Assembly (NCBI GenBank): GCA_002633005.1 | Contig: NMRA01000704.1 | Span: 130,902 to 194,901, forward strand | Source: Phoronis australis | Taxonomy: Eukaryota; Animalia; Phoronida | DNA length: 64,000 bases | Reading direction: 5' to 3' | Shown: piece by piece, positions 14,201 through 27,801 of the stretch | How positions within the stretch are numbered: the stretch's first letter is position 1 | How the letters are laid out: every line of letters begins with the position of its first letter | Position numbers and translations under genes: made by a program | Notes under the pieces: model-generated | The model's input: only the letters and a program-made list of their open reading frames with translations | The model's database searches: none | What the model was told of the DNA's origin: nothing

Positions 14201-17200
14201 TACTGATCTGCATTGCAACTCTTTTACATGTACGTCGTTATAACGCACAGAACGGGTTATTTAAATTGCTGATGAATCACATTGACTTGATTATACTGCC
14301 ATGGGGAGTGAAGATTTGGATTGATAACGGTGTTCACCTGATAATAACAGTGTGCACGTGCTCCTGTTGATAAATGTATAGAATGAAATGGTAAAAATAT
14401 CCATGATCGTTTTTCGACTGCAAGTATTTTGCAACTAGCTTTTAATTCAAGATCCATTGACGGAGGGCACGATATGTCATGGTTTTATATCACGCTGTTT
14501 GTTCATGAGTTAATATTAGCATGCTCGAAATTATAATTATTTGTATTTAGCTAAACCTTTGGATTTGTCATGCTCATGGCGTATTTTTGCAAAAACCTGT
14601 TGCATGGTATTGCCTTTGGTCTGGGTGTTAAGGCACATCCGAGACATCTCGTAGACTTTTTTATCCTTCGGGGTCATTGTATCGTAAGAACAAAGGGATT
14701 TGGTCCTTCGACATTCGGTCGGTTAAAGACAATCGACGCCAATATTGTGGTATAAAGTGCTGTTACGTGTTAACGTTGATGACTGACACGAGGCGTAGCA
14801 ATAGAAGAATCTAATTTAAGGCCGTCTTAACATTATCATGGGCCCCCGTGCAAAGCACATCAGAGGGGCCCCCGGTTATACAAACCGAATGTTTATAGCA
14901 ATAAAATACGTAAATTATGTTTAAACAAATACATGTGAATCGAAAGGCCTGCCGATACGCCAACAGCAGTACACGTCAATCATTGATGAACACGGTTAAA
15001 TGTTTGAACAGTATTAATTAATGAAGTGCTTTTCAAAACACAAGTTAAAACCGCCCATGCGAAAATGGCACAGCGTGGTATTGCCTGTTAACTAAATTTC
15101 GTTCTAACGAATATCGAGCCCTACTGCGGCGGGTACTTTGGTTATTGTGTCTTCTGACTTGGAACATTTACCCTTCGCCTGCAGTGATTTTCTCACCATC
15201 CGCATGGGCGGATCCATGATTTTCAGTTAGGGGGCCAGGGTATAGGAATAACCAGAATTTCGGATGCAGGAGTCTCGAATTTTTGAATTCGAGTACCTTA
15301 TTACTAAAAAAACGGTAAACGGGGTTTGTTCAAGGCCTATGCACTGTGCATTCGCCCTCCGAGCCCCCTGGGTGCGCGCATATGCTAGACAGCAATTCGC
15401 ACATCGAACTGCCAAATGGTATCTGGGAGAATTTTAGGGGGTANAGTCGCTTTTGAGCAAAACTTGATGTCAGAACACATTTTCTTCAGCGGCGCGGCTA
15501 AGCCACACGCATTGATTTGGGAATCGGTTAGGACGGGTTAGTCACAGTCGCTTAGGCACTGGGGTAACAAAACCCCAAATGTTCGCGTAGGAGTTGCATC
15601 ATGGAGCTTACGTCTTTGCGAGATCAGAAAGCACCTTTAGGCTAACACTTACTCATATTACTGTGGGTGGGAGGTGGGGGTACGACGCTACTTTTGGGAT
15701 TAACTGATTATCAAGAGTAGACTAACATTAGTAATGGTTCTAAATTTTGTCATCTTACACTTGTTTACTGCGCTTTATCACTTAATTGACATGACCAATG
15801 AGGTTAGATCCGTTTTCTGTAATTCGTTTATAGCAGAATACTTGAGAATATTCTTGAAGGTTCTAGAATATTGGTGAGTGGTCTGTGAAGTTGTGGAGCC
15901 TTGTACATGTATGTGTTTTTATTATGACTGGGTAGTTTCTAAAATCTTGTAGAATGTGCTTGAATTATCGAAATGTTACAGAACATTGCAAGAGACTAAA
16001 TATTCAGGCACCATTTAGTGAGAGCACGACACGAGATCACTTACAGAATCGGCAGTTTCAGAGCCAGCAGTTACTGAGGCAATAGTGAGCCAGTTAAAGC
16101 TAACAGCAAGTCATTGCATTAGTTGTTGGATCAGTTGTTAAAAGTGACGACGAATCAAGGCGTAGCAGCACTGACTGAAGCATTACGAATTGACATTACG
16201 TCAGACATTTTGTTTGGGTAGACTTCGGTACAGGTTAATGAAGTGAGTAGCTCGAACCAAACTTCAAGCTAACATCATTATTAGCACCAGTCAGTGACGA
16301 CCTGCGTCGGACGGTGGCTCTAATCCGGCTGGGGAAAACGTGGCACTCATGCACCAATTCAAATTTCTAGTTAGCTTAACTGAAGACGCGCACGTGCCCA
16401 GTTGCATGCATCGCATACGCAGGTACGTGAAAAACTTGCTCGCGTATTCAAAAGCACATTAAATGTGTTTTGCTAAATAAGTATGTTTAGTAATGACGAA
16501 TCGGACCCTAATATGATGAGATTTGGACCCAAAAACACGAATAGAAATGCACATTTTTCAAACATTTTTTGCACTGAGACAATTTAGCACTTGACATTTT
16601 TTACAAAGTTGTGTTTTTCGTATCTTCAGTGTGCTTTGATAACAGTTGCACCCATTTTGTGTTCCCGGGATGCTTAGAAGGATTAGGATTGTACAGGTCC
16701 AGGGTCAGCTAATACTTTTTGAAATGCTTAAAGAAGAAGGAAACCGAAAATACGGTTCATTGGTTATCCCAGACATATGTTTCAGTTAAAGTCCTTGTTG
16801 CAAACTGCCCATGTGGTTCTAGTATCCGAAAATACTTACTACATAAATTCTTATTTTCGACACCCTTTCTTTATATTCTTTTCGCCTTTCTTGCCAAATC
16901 GATTTTTTAACAGTATTTGACCCTTCTCTCTGAGCGTATGATTACCGGTTGTCATCGGTTATTTCCGTACCCACATTTCCGGCTCATCAGTTCAGGAACT
17001 TATCCTGAACGCCGCCATTTTTTCCTTGTAACTGAATGTGCTATGGCTTGCTCGAAAAGTCTTCATTATTTTGTTTTATTAGTAATATATCGTGATTCGT
17101 TTGCATATGTAGTGTATTTATAGTTTGTAGTTAGTGGTCGTTGATTTTTTTGGAATGTTTCGCGTACTTAGTATGTTAAAATAGCATTGGTGTTTAGTTC

Positions 17201-18857
17201 CTTACGTAGGCCGGTCGAACCTAAGAACCAATATGGGTCGAACCAATTTTTTTTCGGTTTTATTTTTTCCTCGTTTTGAAAAAGTACTTTACTATCATCG
17301 GAAAGGTAGTACATTCTACTCAGTAAAAATCGAAAAAGTATCAAAATCGGGGCAAGCAGTGTAAAGTTATTGCAAGTTTTGTGGCGAAATTTGGGTCACT
17401 TTGTTTGGATCGCGTCGGCCATATTGGAGGACAGCGGGATAAGTTACGAGTTTAAAACTTTGTGTAAATTGTTTTCGCCAACAAATTACGGTGAAATTTA
17501 GTTAGACATATCTTTACTTACTATTCTGCACGATTCAACAGTGTTCACCAAATTTCAGCCTCGCAGTTGTTACTCATTAAGAGATAAATGTGCTCACATT
17601 CCCGTTGGACTTCGTCTCATTTCTGACGGCACCTACAATGTCGACTTTTGCTGAACTGAAAGGCATGTTCAATCGGCTACTTTGTAATTTGTGAAGATTT
17701 AACGTTGATACATTTTGACAAACGTTGCTACAAAAAAGAAACTTTGTTCAATTTTCGTGTTTTTTGTGTTTGTGGCCAGCGACCAGTTAGGCCTAAGGGT
17801 AGTCTTGGCGCAAAGCTGGCGTGCGTTCACTAGACGCTAGGACCTACGCTAGGACCTTGCAAAATCCTAGTCCACATGTTCTCATTTAAAATACACGGCA
17901 ATATCTCACGTAATCTCGCGAAGTCATGCTTCTTAGCGAGGTCCTAGCGCTACTGAACGGGAGGCTGTATAGGCCTACTAACAAGCTGTATTTTGACTAT
18001 AGTCTTCACTGGTAGCGGGTGACTGAGGCTAACTAAGGTCTGCCGCGGCAGTGTGACACAGGACTAACCAGCCCGTAATTTCATGCAAGTGTCTGAAACT
18101 ACCCTTGAATATATGCAGCATTTATCATTTGACCATTTTACTTCGACAAAACAGCTTCCAACCGCATGCATTTACCGTTCGCCAGTGTCTGGTCTCGATC
18201 CGCACCGGGTCCGATAGGCTGCGGTCCCGAGTTTAGCAAAATCATTTCTGTCAAAATTTATTCGCCACATTTCTTCAGCAAATTCCATAAAATTGTCCGT
18301 AGTTTGATTTTATCGAAATTGAGACGCGCTGTCGATTTTTTTTATCCCCGTTTGCTGGCTGGTAACAGTACAGGCACTGCTCCAGTCGCACTGACGGCGT
18401 TTTCTCGGCCTGGGTTCCTGAATGAATTGTACTTCCGGGTTCGCGGCAAGTTCAAAATGGCGGTGTTTCTTCGGGTGCGAATCGTGAGTGGCGCGTTCAT
18501 TTAAACTGTTTTCGAGTACGGATCGTGTATTAGTTATGGGGTAGGTACTTCTTGGATCCTTATAACATCTTCTAACCATGTAATAAGGGTTAACAACGCG
18601 TGAGACAAGGACTTTAATTTAGACTTCTCGTAACTTTATTTATTAGTCGTGCCCTACTCCGGAAGTAACGTTTAGGGGTTAAGAATTTCCCGCCATTTTG
18701 TTTCTGCATTCGAGTTTACTGTAAGAATCTGCTCCACTGTAGTTTCCTAATGTCGTCATCACCAATTCTCCTTGACGAGTATTCTAGGACAAGCTAGGTT
18801 GTTAGAGAAATCAATTACGTTGGGTTTAGGGATCGTATAGTTTGTAGTAGCCTGAAA

Positions 18858-19130
18858 ATGGCTGGAGTTGGCGACAAATGTTACATACACAGTGACGTGA
18901 GTGACGGCGACATTGTTTATAAGAGTGGTTACGAGGACATTTTTTCAAGAACAGTCGCTGGGTGGATAATGCTTGAGCCCGAACATAGTGAGGCAAAATA
19001 CTCACAGACAGCTGTTGAAAGAGATGAGGCAGAGATTGAGGACAGACGTGGTGTGACCTCTTGGTGTAAGTCCACGGTGTGTACTGTTATGCCTTCCTCA
19101 ATGGAATGCCTAATATGCTATTCCCACTGG
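18858..19130 (+). pseudogene. Fragment of a P2X7 C-terminal 'ballast'/Nanor/KolX-like Cys-rich protein (transposon-associated)
   Basis: Translation MLEPEHSE...EDRRGVTSWCKSTVCTVMPSSMECLIC resembles the family pattern (Y)xFEP...R.g...WCxCxxCxxMPtxxExxCC. Truncated, with some Cys lost. Confidence 0.5.
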
Positions 19131-20597
19131 ATGGTAACCTCAGCACCGAAACCGCTTACATCCCGCCGTGTGACTCCCTCGCCACGCACCGGGCACCATC
19201 TAAATAGCTCCAATACTTTAGTCAACTCCACAATAAACGAACCGTATTTTTACTAAAAATGACATGTAAAATGTTGCCCTCTCCTTTCATAATTTAAAAC
19301 GCTACGGAACTCTGGCCTGATTATCATTATTTTTTATAATTTTGGCTTTTATTTTTATTCGACTGGTTCCAAAACTTCAAAATAACGTCATACTAAGGAA
19401 GCAAATAGTCCAACCTCTAAACACTGAGTCGCCCACGAAAACTGATAAAAATGGCTATTCAATGCGATGGCAGTGCATCACCTGACATGTTAGTGTTCTT
19501 TTGTTGATTTGCTGGAAAGAAAATGCCACTGATTAAAGAGGCGTGGAACGCCAAAGCTCGTCAAAAATATCTTTTAAACAATTCCCGACGAAAGCACCAT
19601 CTAGCAATGTACAGGGTCTTTCAGAGAATTTCCAGAAAATATCATGAAATTCACAATTTTTGAAGTAAGTGATGAGAAAAAACTCTAGCCACCATGGAGT
19701 TTCTAATCCCCCTTACATTTATGATAATTGCGCGCATGTACTCAGTCATTCGAGAAACAGCTGACTGGCGAGATGGAGATTAACGCTAGGATGTCATGTG
19801 TGATCAGACTCCGAATCTGAAGTCGACAGCACAGTATCATGCGCAAACCCAGCCTAAATTATAGGGGGGGAGACTTGAATTTTTCGACATGCGGACCTTT
19901 ACTGACAAAAATCAACGAGGACTAAAAAAAGGGGCCACTAGGTTCAGGTCTACGATTTGTGCATCCGCGCAGAATTCCTGTGTACTTTGTGGACTTTTGT
20001 CTCGTTTACTCGTTTTTTTTAGTTCGCTGAAGCGGACCTTTTTGCCCAATTCACCAAACTAGCCCCCCGCCGAGCCCCCAACCCCCCACCTGGGTGCTTC
20101 CATGAGTATGTGGCAAGCCAGTGAAGCAAGCGATTTCCTAAAATTAATTCCAAGCTCATTTAAAACATATTTGAATACTACGATACCTTTTTAACTAATT
20201 TTAAACAGTTAAGACTTACATCAATTGCCCCTTAAAAGTGGACTGTAGTAAAAATAATGCAGCATTTTAACAATTTCTAACTTACAAATAAAACTCACAT
20301 TAGCTCGAGTTGCGCACCAAACAAAAGCTGATTCATATTTACTGTCAAAACAATGAAATCCTGACAGTGACCGTTGATATGTCAGTGACGTGCGGGTGGG
20401 GCAGCGACTACTTATCACATATTGCTGTGCCATATTGTGAAGAGTATACAAAGTATTTTATCATTGTATCAGCCGTTCTTGCTTTTTACAGTTTGCCTTA
20501 GAGTTGTTAAAGTTTCGCCATGCCTTTTTGTATGGCTCCTGGTTGTCCGAACTCTTCGAAAAAAGTGTCTTCTAAGAGAAGGGACATCGCATTGCCC

Positions 20598-21365
20598 GAG
20601 CCTTGGTACAAAGCTGTATACTAAATATACAGCTTTGGGCCGATATCGTTAAAAATGGCGAAATAAAGTCTGACTCAAAATTAGGGTTATTAAAACTACT
20701 ATCTTAGTGTCATTGAAACTACTCTCTTTCTTGATTGAGTAAACTAACTTATTTACGGGAGTTAAAAAATTATTGTTCTGTCATTAATCCTCTTCTGATA
20801 AAATTGTGATGCGTTCTTTTGGATCGGCGTTTGGCGATTGTGTCACCTGACGATGATCAGTTTCGTTCCCACTCGATTCTTTTATCAGAACTGTTCTTCG
20901 CTGCCGGCACGAGGTTGCGAACATGTCACAACAAATTATGGGAACTTTTTTCATTTCTTTTCATTTTTTTAGTATTTTAATACAAAACAAATTTTGCTGT
21001 TGCGAAGCTGTCATCATCTCTCGAGAGATGTTGCAAATATTTAGGAAATGGCTCCTGCGCCGTGTCACGAGCGTGCTGTTTTTGAAAACGGACGACGGGC
21101 TTTTCTTTGTTACAAAAGGCGGATAATTATGCTGGAAAATGACATGTATTGGATTGTTTTCCACTTAAACGGCTGCAACAAACAAGGTGAGTGTCGGTTG
21201 ACTCCCAGATTTTGCATGCCGGTCGTTAGTTCTACGTGTTGATATAAGTTTTACAACGAGGTGACGAGCATAACTACCTGGTTAGTCCCGGGCTGTGTGG
21301 AATTTCGGGGTTTAACGGAGCTCAACACACAGTGTATTTTGACGATTGTCTTCATTCAGCTATAG
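20598..21365 (+). repeat. Family A interspersed repeat copy
   Basis: agccttggtacaaagctgtatactaaatatacagctttg start; body collinear with 2881-3690. Confidence 0.8.
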
Positions 21366-22080
21366 TCAGTAACTAACCAACCCTTAAATAGTTTACAGAG
21401 CTGAGTATTGTCTGGCTAGAATCCACACTGCCCACAGTAACACCGGTGTCAGTTGTTGATTCGGGCTGGTTGCACCGGCATATTTTCGTCTGGCGACTAG
21501 GTATCACTTTGAGTGGCCTCGGTTCAAACAGATAGCTCTAGTGACCCGACATTTCATAATAAAAATTCTTATTCCGACAATTTGGAGAACATCACTTGAC
21601 TGCACGCTAAAATAGGCAACTGAGTTTGCCCCGTCAAAGACGTCACGAGAAGCAGGCGCGCTCTAAGCTGGTGATTATGGAATTATTTGAACCATTTTTA
21701 GTTTCGTTAGGAAATATAAGTTTACTTCTTGCTCTTGAATTATTAGTGTAATTAACCAACATCTCATAGAATTGGCTGTTGCTTGATGTCGTCGTTGTTT
21801 TGTTTACATCAAAGGTTTAAGGTCACATTTGTGCAACGTCTCTGTCTTGCCATGCCAAATCAGGAGACGCAGTTTGCCTTGTGGGCGAAAAATTGGCGAA
21901 GTAACGAGTACTTGACTAATCGTTATTTTTTTGAAATTGGAAACTAAAATAAAAATGCCTTGACATCAACAAAATTTTACGAACAAAGTGTAAAAATACC
22001 TAATGAACAAGTTGAATTCTGTTTCAGTGTCAGAAAACACTTCAAATAATGCAATTTTATCTATTTCAAGGTACCTAAAC

Positions 22081-22263
22081 TACACGGTCAACGGACTCAA
22101 AAACACGGGAACGGACGCATGAACACGACTCACGGACCGGCAAACACCGTCCACTGACTCACAAACACGGGAACGGACTCACAAAACACGATCCACGCAC
22201 CCAAATACACGGGACACGGACTCATATTCACGAGGAAACACGGTTAACGGACCGCCAAACACG
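22081..22263. repeat. Degenerate minisatellite (acacgg/acggactc units) running into an assembly gap
   Basis: Repeated aaacacggNNacggactc units directly abutting the N run. Confidence 0.8.
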
Positions 22264-22550
22264 NNNNNNNNNNNNNNNNNNNNNNNNNNNNNNNNNNNNN
22301 NNNNNNNNNNNNNNNNNNNNNNNNNNNNNNNNNNNNNNNNNNNNNNNNNNNNNNNNNNNNNNNNNNNNNNNNNNNNNNNNNNNNNNNNNNNNNNNNNNNN
22401 NNNNNNNNNNNNNNNNNNNNNNNNNNNNNNNNNNNNNNNNNNNNNNNNNNNNNNNNNNNNNNNNNNNNNNNNNNNNNNNNNNNNNNNNNNNNNNNNNNNN
22501 NNNNNNNNNNNNNNNNNNNNNNNNNNNNNNNNNNNNNNNNNNNNNNNNNN
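22264..22550. other. Assembly gap
   Basis: Run of N bases. Confidence 0.99.
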
Positions 22551-25500
22551 NAAACGGAATGATGATGTTGATAAATCTAACGCTTTTGAGATTTCATTTT
22601 GTACATTTATATAAACCAAACATTGTCATGGTAATGACGCCGTTGTTTTGCTATGGGTGTTCCTTCCTTTTTACTAAATTTTACTAAAAAGACAAGTAAC
22701 AGCAGATTGGTATGAGCCAAAAATAATAAAATGCTGGCTTACTACTCAGAAAATATATATGTCTACTGAGTTAAAATCTACAAATTCTAGGTAGTGACAA
22801 GTCGATCGGGTCTTAAATAAATAAGTTTGAGTTTGGGATGCTGAGCCATAAACATCTCAATACATAGACCGGGCGCGCGCCACTCAGATACATGCAGCTC
22901 GCGTTGTCAATATGACGCCATAGTGGAGAGTGCTACACAGGACAAAAATGGCGGAAAACACAGGGAGTCCTACGGCATCAGTCAGAAAATCGGCGGGCTC
23001 GCACTGTTGTGCTTGCAGCCAAAGAGTTAAGATTTTTGGTCCTGCCATTGAGTCATGGGTTTTCTTGGTTCGGCCATGGAGTATATTGGTGCTGCAACAA
23101 GGTTTTTTGTATTCCGCCACCATAATTTAAGTGGAGCGAGTATATGCGTTATTTCCACACTAGTCTTGGTGATTGAAACCTTAAAAGATCAATTACAAAG
23201 ATAATTAATGACCAGCATATGCTTATTATCCAATTATGATGCTGTTTGCAAATTATATTTAAGTAAATATTTAGTATTATTGATAATCATACTTGTACTG
23301 AAAAATAACATCCCCGAACTTACTCGCCAACCGCGGCATCGAAATTAGTACATCTAAGTGACTAGTGTATTCTCTATTGAAATATATACTGCTTTAAAAA
23401 CTCATTTCTTAATATGTATTCCAAAATCAGATATTTTCTGTTCTATCAAAACAAACAAGAAGTTGATATTGTAAATTTTGTATATTTGCACTGCTTGCTA
23501 ACGAACTCTCTGATTTGTGACGAAACATGTGCAAAAAAGTAATGTGCATAATAACCAAAATATCAAAGCTGTACGACTGAATTGCGCATCCAACCTTTAC
23601 GCAAAATACAGAATTTCCCACTCGAAACCGAATGGAAATATACCCAACCTAGCCGGTGTAGCCGCATTAATTATGACTCCTTGAAAAATGACCCTGGTTA
23701 GTTTTTTCACAGGGTCTAAATTTAATGTGAAGAATATTCAGCCCATGAAAAATGACCCCACGTCCGTCAAAACCTGTCCCGTCATTATTCAACGATTCTC
23801 CGTAACAGGGGATTGGGATAAGCAAACAGCGTGCGTGAGAGAAGAATTTATTTTAAATTTCTGGACCTCAGGGTCGCGCAGTACGCATATTAGATTAAGA
23901 GCGCGGATGGATAGGAATAGTCCGAAATAATGTTTGCCGGAGCGGGGCTGATCTCTTTGTGAGCACACGTTGTGGGGATACTACAAAACGCCAATAAGTG
24001 CCTGGTGCTTGATCGGGGGGACTTCAGATCCATCATGAGAGAGGAATATCGAGCGTGAGAGAAAAAATATTTGTTTGTTGGCAATTCCGAGCGATGCACA
24101 GGAAAGGAATTGAGTCTGTGTTCTTCGTTTTCTATGTTACGACGTTCTCCCGCTGAGTCTAACTTGTTAAGTTGTATATCACAACAAGTTGGGCGGATAA
24201 CCGCTGTAGCCAATATCTTATACTGACGACCAATTAAGTCCATTCTGGCAATGAGGGTTGGAGGGTCTCGGTCAGCTCTCTTTTGTTCGATAATTGCTCT
24301 AATCTCCGATAAGATCGTATCTTATATCCTCACTGGGCTGTGCTGTTAAAATAAGTTAAGTTATAAAATGTTTGAACATAAACCAATGACATTTCTGAAT
24401 TGCCCATCCAATTCTGATCTAGCTTATAGTTTTTGAATCACCAAAATCGCCTAAATACAATCGAAGTTAAAACAATCTATTCTGTCCGAACGTATCAACG
24501 TACTGGGTTTGACTGTGTTCACATGTGATCGGTTATAAGCCTGGTAGATAATTTATCTGCATGTTGTCGTACCAGACAAATGACAGTTAACAAAGGAGCT
24601 AAATGTTATCACACGCTCATAACCGCTGTACTGAACGAAAAAACGCCCTAATGAACTTTTTAAAAATGTTATTTAGTTACATGACATAAATGAAGTCATT
24701 TTCACTGTAGTTCACATTAAATTTAGACCCCATTAAAAGCGACCGGGGTCATATATTAATTTTATAAAGTTACCCGGGGTCATTGTTCAAAACTCTGTGA
24801 AAAGGCTTACTTGGGGGCACAACGAAGGTACGTCCCGAGTGAGCGGCAATTCTCCTGGATATAATGTTTTTGCATCGAGTGATACGAATTAAATGATAAA
24901 GTTACGCGATCTCAGTGGTTTCTCTTGAAAAGAACGAAAAAATAAAATGCTCGCGGTGGATTGACAGGCGTGCAGCCGCTCAGGCCACTCGAAAATCTGC
25001 CACTGGTTGCGATCTTCTAATAGTTTGATATTTTCCCTATCGACTGATTAAATCTTAAAAAAATGCCTGTAAGTGCTACATCACATGTTTTTGGATGTTT
25101 CTGGAAAAAATCACTTTCATCGGCCTCTATTATTAGATATCGCGCTTTGAAAAGGACAATTTGCCCCGTTTGTTTACACAGCAATTAGCCGTGTCACGTG
25201 ACTAGTAGCACTCTCCAATATGGCGTCAAGTTGTCAGCGGCAGGAGCGCGTGCGCGCGGTCTATGTGATGTCTATGTGTTGAACGTTCTCTAGCACGTGC
25301 AAGTCAAGGCATCGATGAGCGGAAAAGGAAGCACTTTGCTTGCCACTTACATGGAAATCGCTTGGCAGTCTTGTCGACTCCACTTTACTATTTACCGATG
25401 GCTTACATATTTAATTATCTCAAACCTCGTGTTGTGCAAACTAAGTGATTGAACTCGGGTTAATGCGCGATGAGTCAAAACGGTTATTGATGGATACGGA

Positions 25501-26741
25501 AGATATCAAATTATTCATCAGCGTCTTGCTGTGTAATGGTTAAACCCTTCTATGCGTTTCCAGTTGCACGTGCGCTGTTGAAGAGGGAGACAGTATAAGT
25601 TATTAATTTTAACGATTTGCTATAAAAGGAAGTGCTTTTTAATGGAATTTGATTAATGATAACACGTATCTACGAGAATTAGATACACAAGTTTTTATAA
25701 TTTGATTAATTTGGAAGAGGCGATATTTGATTAAACATTTCAATACTTTGATTTGCCGCAGATGTAATGGGTTGACTAAAATTCCGTTTTAGTTTCACGG
25801 TATTACTGACTGGAGACAGAATTGGTAAATTTCTTTTGAAATGGACACTTCGACAACATAAGTTTTTTTCAGAATTTATTTCGCGGCAGCGCAGAATCAA
25901 ACCAAATAAGTGCGGAGTGCCGTACGTTTTGCCGCTAAGTCGAGTACCACGCGTTTATTAGCATAGTCTTTATAATATTTCAGGCGTATTTAAATGTTAA
26001 AACCACCGGCTTTGATTTCAATGAGGGTCTGGCAGACTAGGACTAGGACTGGTGATATGTAATAGAATCACAAAAACATAACCGGTTTTATTGTAGCTCA
26101 TATCTCGGTCTTAGCTATAACTTCAATTGGCGGTGATGAGATGCTGATCAAAGCTGGCGAAACAAATTAAGTGCTCTTAGTCTGAGCTAATGTGAGAAAA
26201 GAGGCGAAGAATCGTGCATTTTGGGGGGAACTGCGTTTTTGGACATGAAGCCGAAACTCTAAAATTACGTGTCGGCCAAAGTAGACTTTCGAGTAATACT
26301 GAAGGTCACGTGATTCAACAGCCGAGCTTCGCCGGTTTTTGCGAAAAAAAAGCAAAAGAAAAAACGAGTTCACATATGCAAGATATATTTGATGAAAAAA
26401 TCCCGAACAAATGCTGGAATATTGTCGTCCATAAATTCGAGTAAACAACATGTTTACCTTTGCGCTCGTTGTTCTTTCTTTGATCATGTCACCATAAAAA
26501 TCAAATCACGCCTAGTACAGATCTGAAGTATTCGAAATTACTTTAAACTGGTTTTAACTGCAAAGGTCTAAGTTTATTAATATCTATTTTCTGCCATGTC
26601 CGTTTGGCAAATGTCTTTTGCAACACCCAGTACCCTCCGGACATAAATTGCGGTGTACATGCTTGAAGGTTCTAGTAGCTGAACTGTAAATATTTTGCCT
26701 TACGCTGTTTTAAACGGACCTGCTACCAAAAAAATTACATC

Positions 26742-27017
26742 ATGCTAACTTGTTCTCGTCATCCTCTGCTTTGCGTATTTCTGCTGGGCCTTTTCTCAAA
26801 AACAAATTCTATCAATATTACGTTCACGAAAACGAGTAACTTGTGCTGCTTGACGGAGGTAGCGTATATTGACATTAAAGATGTTGAACTGTCGAAGTGT
26901 GCCATCTTGTGCGACAGTCGGCCAGACTGTGTCACGCTAACTTACGACTCGTTGGAAATGGTCTGTCACACCGTTGACGTCAAGAATTGTGTTAAAGATC
27001 TAGCACTATGGATTCAG
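26742..27017 (+). CDS. Host gene exon 1: signal peptide + PAN/Apple domain
   Basis: MLTCSRHPLLCVFLLGLFSKTNS (hydrophobic leader), then ...ELSKCAILCDSRPDCVTLTYDSLEMVCH (PAN CxxxC...C...C spacing). Strong donor CAG|GTAAGC at 27017/27018, phase 0. Confidence 0.8.
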
Positions 27018-27801
27018 GTAAGCATTGGGTTTTGCAAAGGATCGGGGGTATTCTAAGCGGTATAAGCTTAGAAGAGTGCCCTTCTCGCGGCTAAAAAGAA
27101 TGGCCTTTCCAGCAACGTTCCCAACTAAAGGTACATACACTGTGGGAGTTCGGAAATCTACAAAAGTCTCATTTGCACGCAAATCTACAAAAGAATTTCC
27201 AATGTTTAGTTTTTTATTTTACAAATAACTTGTTCTTATTTTGACAATTTCTCTTTGTACAACATTCTGTCCTGCACTTAAAATGACTATGAACCCACCT
27301 GCCACCAAGGAAAAAGCTTTGAAGTTAGTCCTCTAACCGTTATACAATTGGTCTCAAAACAGGCCTTAGTCAAACCGCTGGTGATTTCAGGGTTTCAAAG
27401 AAGTGGCAATTCGTTACTGCTTGAGACAAGGCTCATAATATGGCCCAAGCATGGTCTAAACAAGTAACTACCTGTCAGTTCCTTATAAAGAAATCAACTT
27501 TCATCTGAGTAAAAAGAAAATTGAGACTTCTTCAATAGTGATGAGTAGTCTACATCAAACGTTCGGTTCTTGAACGAAACACGAGGTTTTAGCCGCTTTA
27601 TGGATAAAGTTCAGCCGTACAATCGGTAGCCGCCCACCTAGCTGCATGAAGACCATCGTCAAAATACACTGGGTACCACTGTGTGTTGAGCTTCGACAGA
27701 TCTCGAAATTGCACACAGCCCGGGTAGTTCTGCTTGTCACCTCGCCATGGAGCCTGTATCAACAAGTAGAGCTAAAGACCGGCGGGGTGCATGCAAAATC
27801 T

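Noticed and set aside
15780-16340. Possible solo LTR (also ~30450-30790)
   Set aside because: LTR-like composition only; no second copy, clear TG...CA ends, TSD or gag/pol.
22081-22263. CRISPR-like array
   Set aside because: Irregular short units with no unique spacers, eukaryotic context, no cas genes; it is a minisatellite.
22179-22619. 146-aa ORF
   Set aside because: Artefact of reading through the N gap.
78-26500. Numerous 60-135 aa ORFs
   Set aside because: No recognisable domains apart from 18858-19130; many overlap repeats and use non-ATG starts, as expected by chance.
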